A DNA stretch of 64,000 nt. Origin: Podarcis bocagei (taxonomy: Eukaryota). Where the stretch lies: NCBI GenBank assembly GCA_964188305.1, contig OZ076888.1. One strand, 5' to 3'. The translations under genes were made by a program, and so were the position numbers. Shown here in pieces: positions 63,301 to 64,000 of this stretch. The notes below the pieces were generated by a model, which was not told the origin of the DNA, did not search any database, and worked only from the letters and a program-made list of their open reading frames with translations. How positions within the stretch are numbered: position 1 is the first letter of the stretch; each line of letters starts with the position of its first letter.

Positions 63301-63450
63301 GGGAAGCTTGCCCGTTTAGGGAGGTTTTTAAAGATTTAATGTTTTATTATGTTTTTATATATGTTGGAAGCTGCCCAAAGTGGCTGGGGCAACCCAGTCA
63401 GATGGGGTACACATGTATTATTATTAATATTAATATTAATTTATTTATTA
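63301..63450 (+). mobile_element. LINE (L2-type) 3' tail
   Basis: T-rich UTR then GTTGGAAGCTGCCCAAAGTGGCTGGGGCAACCCAGTCAGATGGG and an ATT-rich tail; matches 19786-19912. Confidence 0.7.
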
Positions 63451-63497
63451 ACTTTCTATGTTCCTTTACAAAATAACATTATTAGGAACCCTAAATA

Positions 63498-63747
63498 CAG
63501 TGATAGGGTTACAGATGCTTCAGGTTACAGACACTTCAGGTTACAGACTCCGCTAACCCAGAAATAGTACCTCGGATTAAGAATTTTGCTTCAGGATGAG
63601 AACAGAAATCGCACGGCGGTGGTGCAGCAGCAGCAGCAGCAGCAGCGGGAAGCCCCATTAGCTAAAGTGGTACCTCAGGTTAAGAACAGTTTCAGGTTAA
63701 GAACGGACCTGTAGAACAAATTAAGTTCTTAACCCAAGGTACCACAG
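63498..63747 (+). mobile_element. pogo/Tigger-like MITE, copy 4 (intronic)
   Basis: TA|CAGTGATA (left TIR partly deleted)...TAACCCAAGGTACCACAG|TA; (CAG)7 in the centre. Confidence 0.9.
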
Positions 63748-64000
63748 TAAATACTAGGACTACTAAGCCTTCTAAGAACTTACTGTGGCCCTTAGGAACT
63801 CTACTCAAGACTCCTCAGACGGTTCTTGTATAACAGAAGAAACATTGTAGGAATGTGATTTCCATTCTAAGACAAATAATTTGGCCTCTTGTAATCTACT
63901 CACAGTCATCATTGTCTGCATACTGGCAAATGTGGAAGCTTTCCTGTTTATGGTGGACTGCGGTAGTGGGTCAAAGCATAGAGCTTGTAGGTATAACAGG

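Larger units (their letters stand above)
34410..64000 (+). other. TCF7L2: Long TCF7L2 intron downstream of exon 3 (no further exon recognised in window)
   Basis: Begins with GT donor; no downstream TCF7L2 peptide (e.g. YLQMKWPLLD, HMG box) in the ORF track or by eye; TCF7L2 is known to have very long introns here. Confidence 0.8.

Noticed and set aside
34410-64000. Mammalian alternative TCF7L2 exon 4 (LHFQSGSTHYSAYKTIEHQIAVQ, recalled)
   Set aside because: No convincing match by eye. Weak resemblances at ~45390 and ~51708 (LHFH) lack matching peptide and splice context. TBLASTN would be needed; it may be absent or hidden in a gap.
1-64000. Window-wide enrichment of TCF/LEF sites as proof of autoregulation
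   Set aside because: About a dozen scattered CTTTGAT/ATCAAAG hits noticed, similar to chance for a 7-mer in 64 kb of AT-rich DNA; no cluster.

Overview
Vertebrate genomic DNA. The repeat content (Sauria/Squam-type SINEs, L2 and CR1 relics, many MITEs) points to a squamate reptile, most likely a lacertid lizard. The window holds the 5' end of TCF7L2 (TCF-4, the Wnt/beta-catenin effector) on the + strand: a CpG-island promoter (~31.6-34.9 kb) and coding exons 1-3 (33390-33578, 33995-34061, 34285-34409; all GT-AG, frame-consistent). A long intron follows and I found no further exon in the window. The upstream ~31 kb is intergenic and rich in transposons, including several nested insertions with readable target-site duplications (TSDs). 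Almost all other ORFs in the track are spurious. I see no clearly new multi-gene system. The best leads, all hypotheses, are: (1) a perfect GTAAGT donor 16 nt before the TCF7L2 ATG that could splice out the beta-catenin-binding domain, with a stop-start (TAATG) overlap at the next in-frame ATG; (2) a young hAT element carrying CpG-island-like cargo with CRE and GC-box motifs ~7 kb upstream of the ATG; (3) a hAT MITE family spreading paired ACTACAnnTCCCA (ZNF143/THAP11-type) motifs; (4) a motif-rich solo LTR. Repeat family names and human comparisons come from recall, not from a database search.
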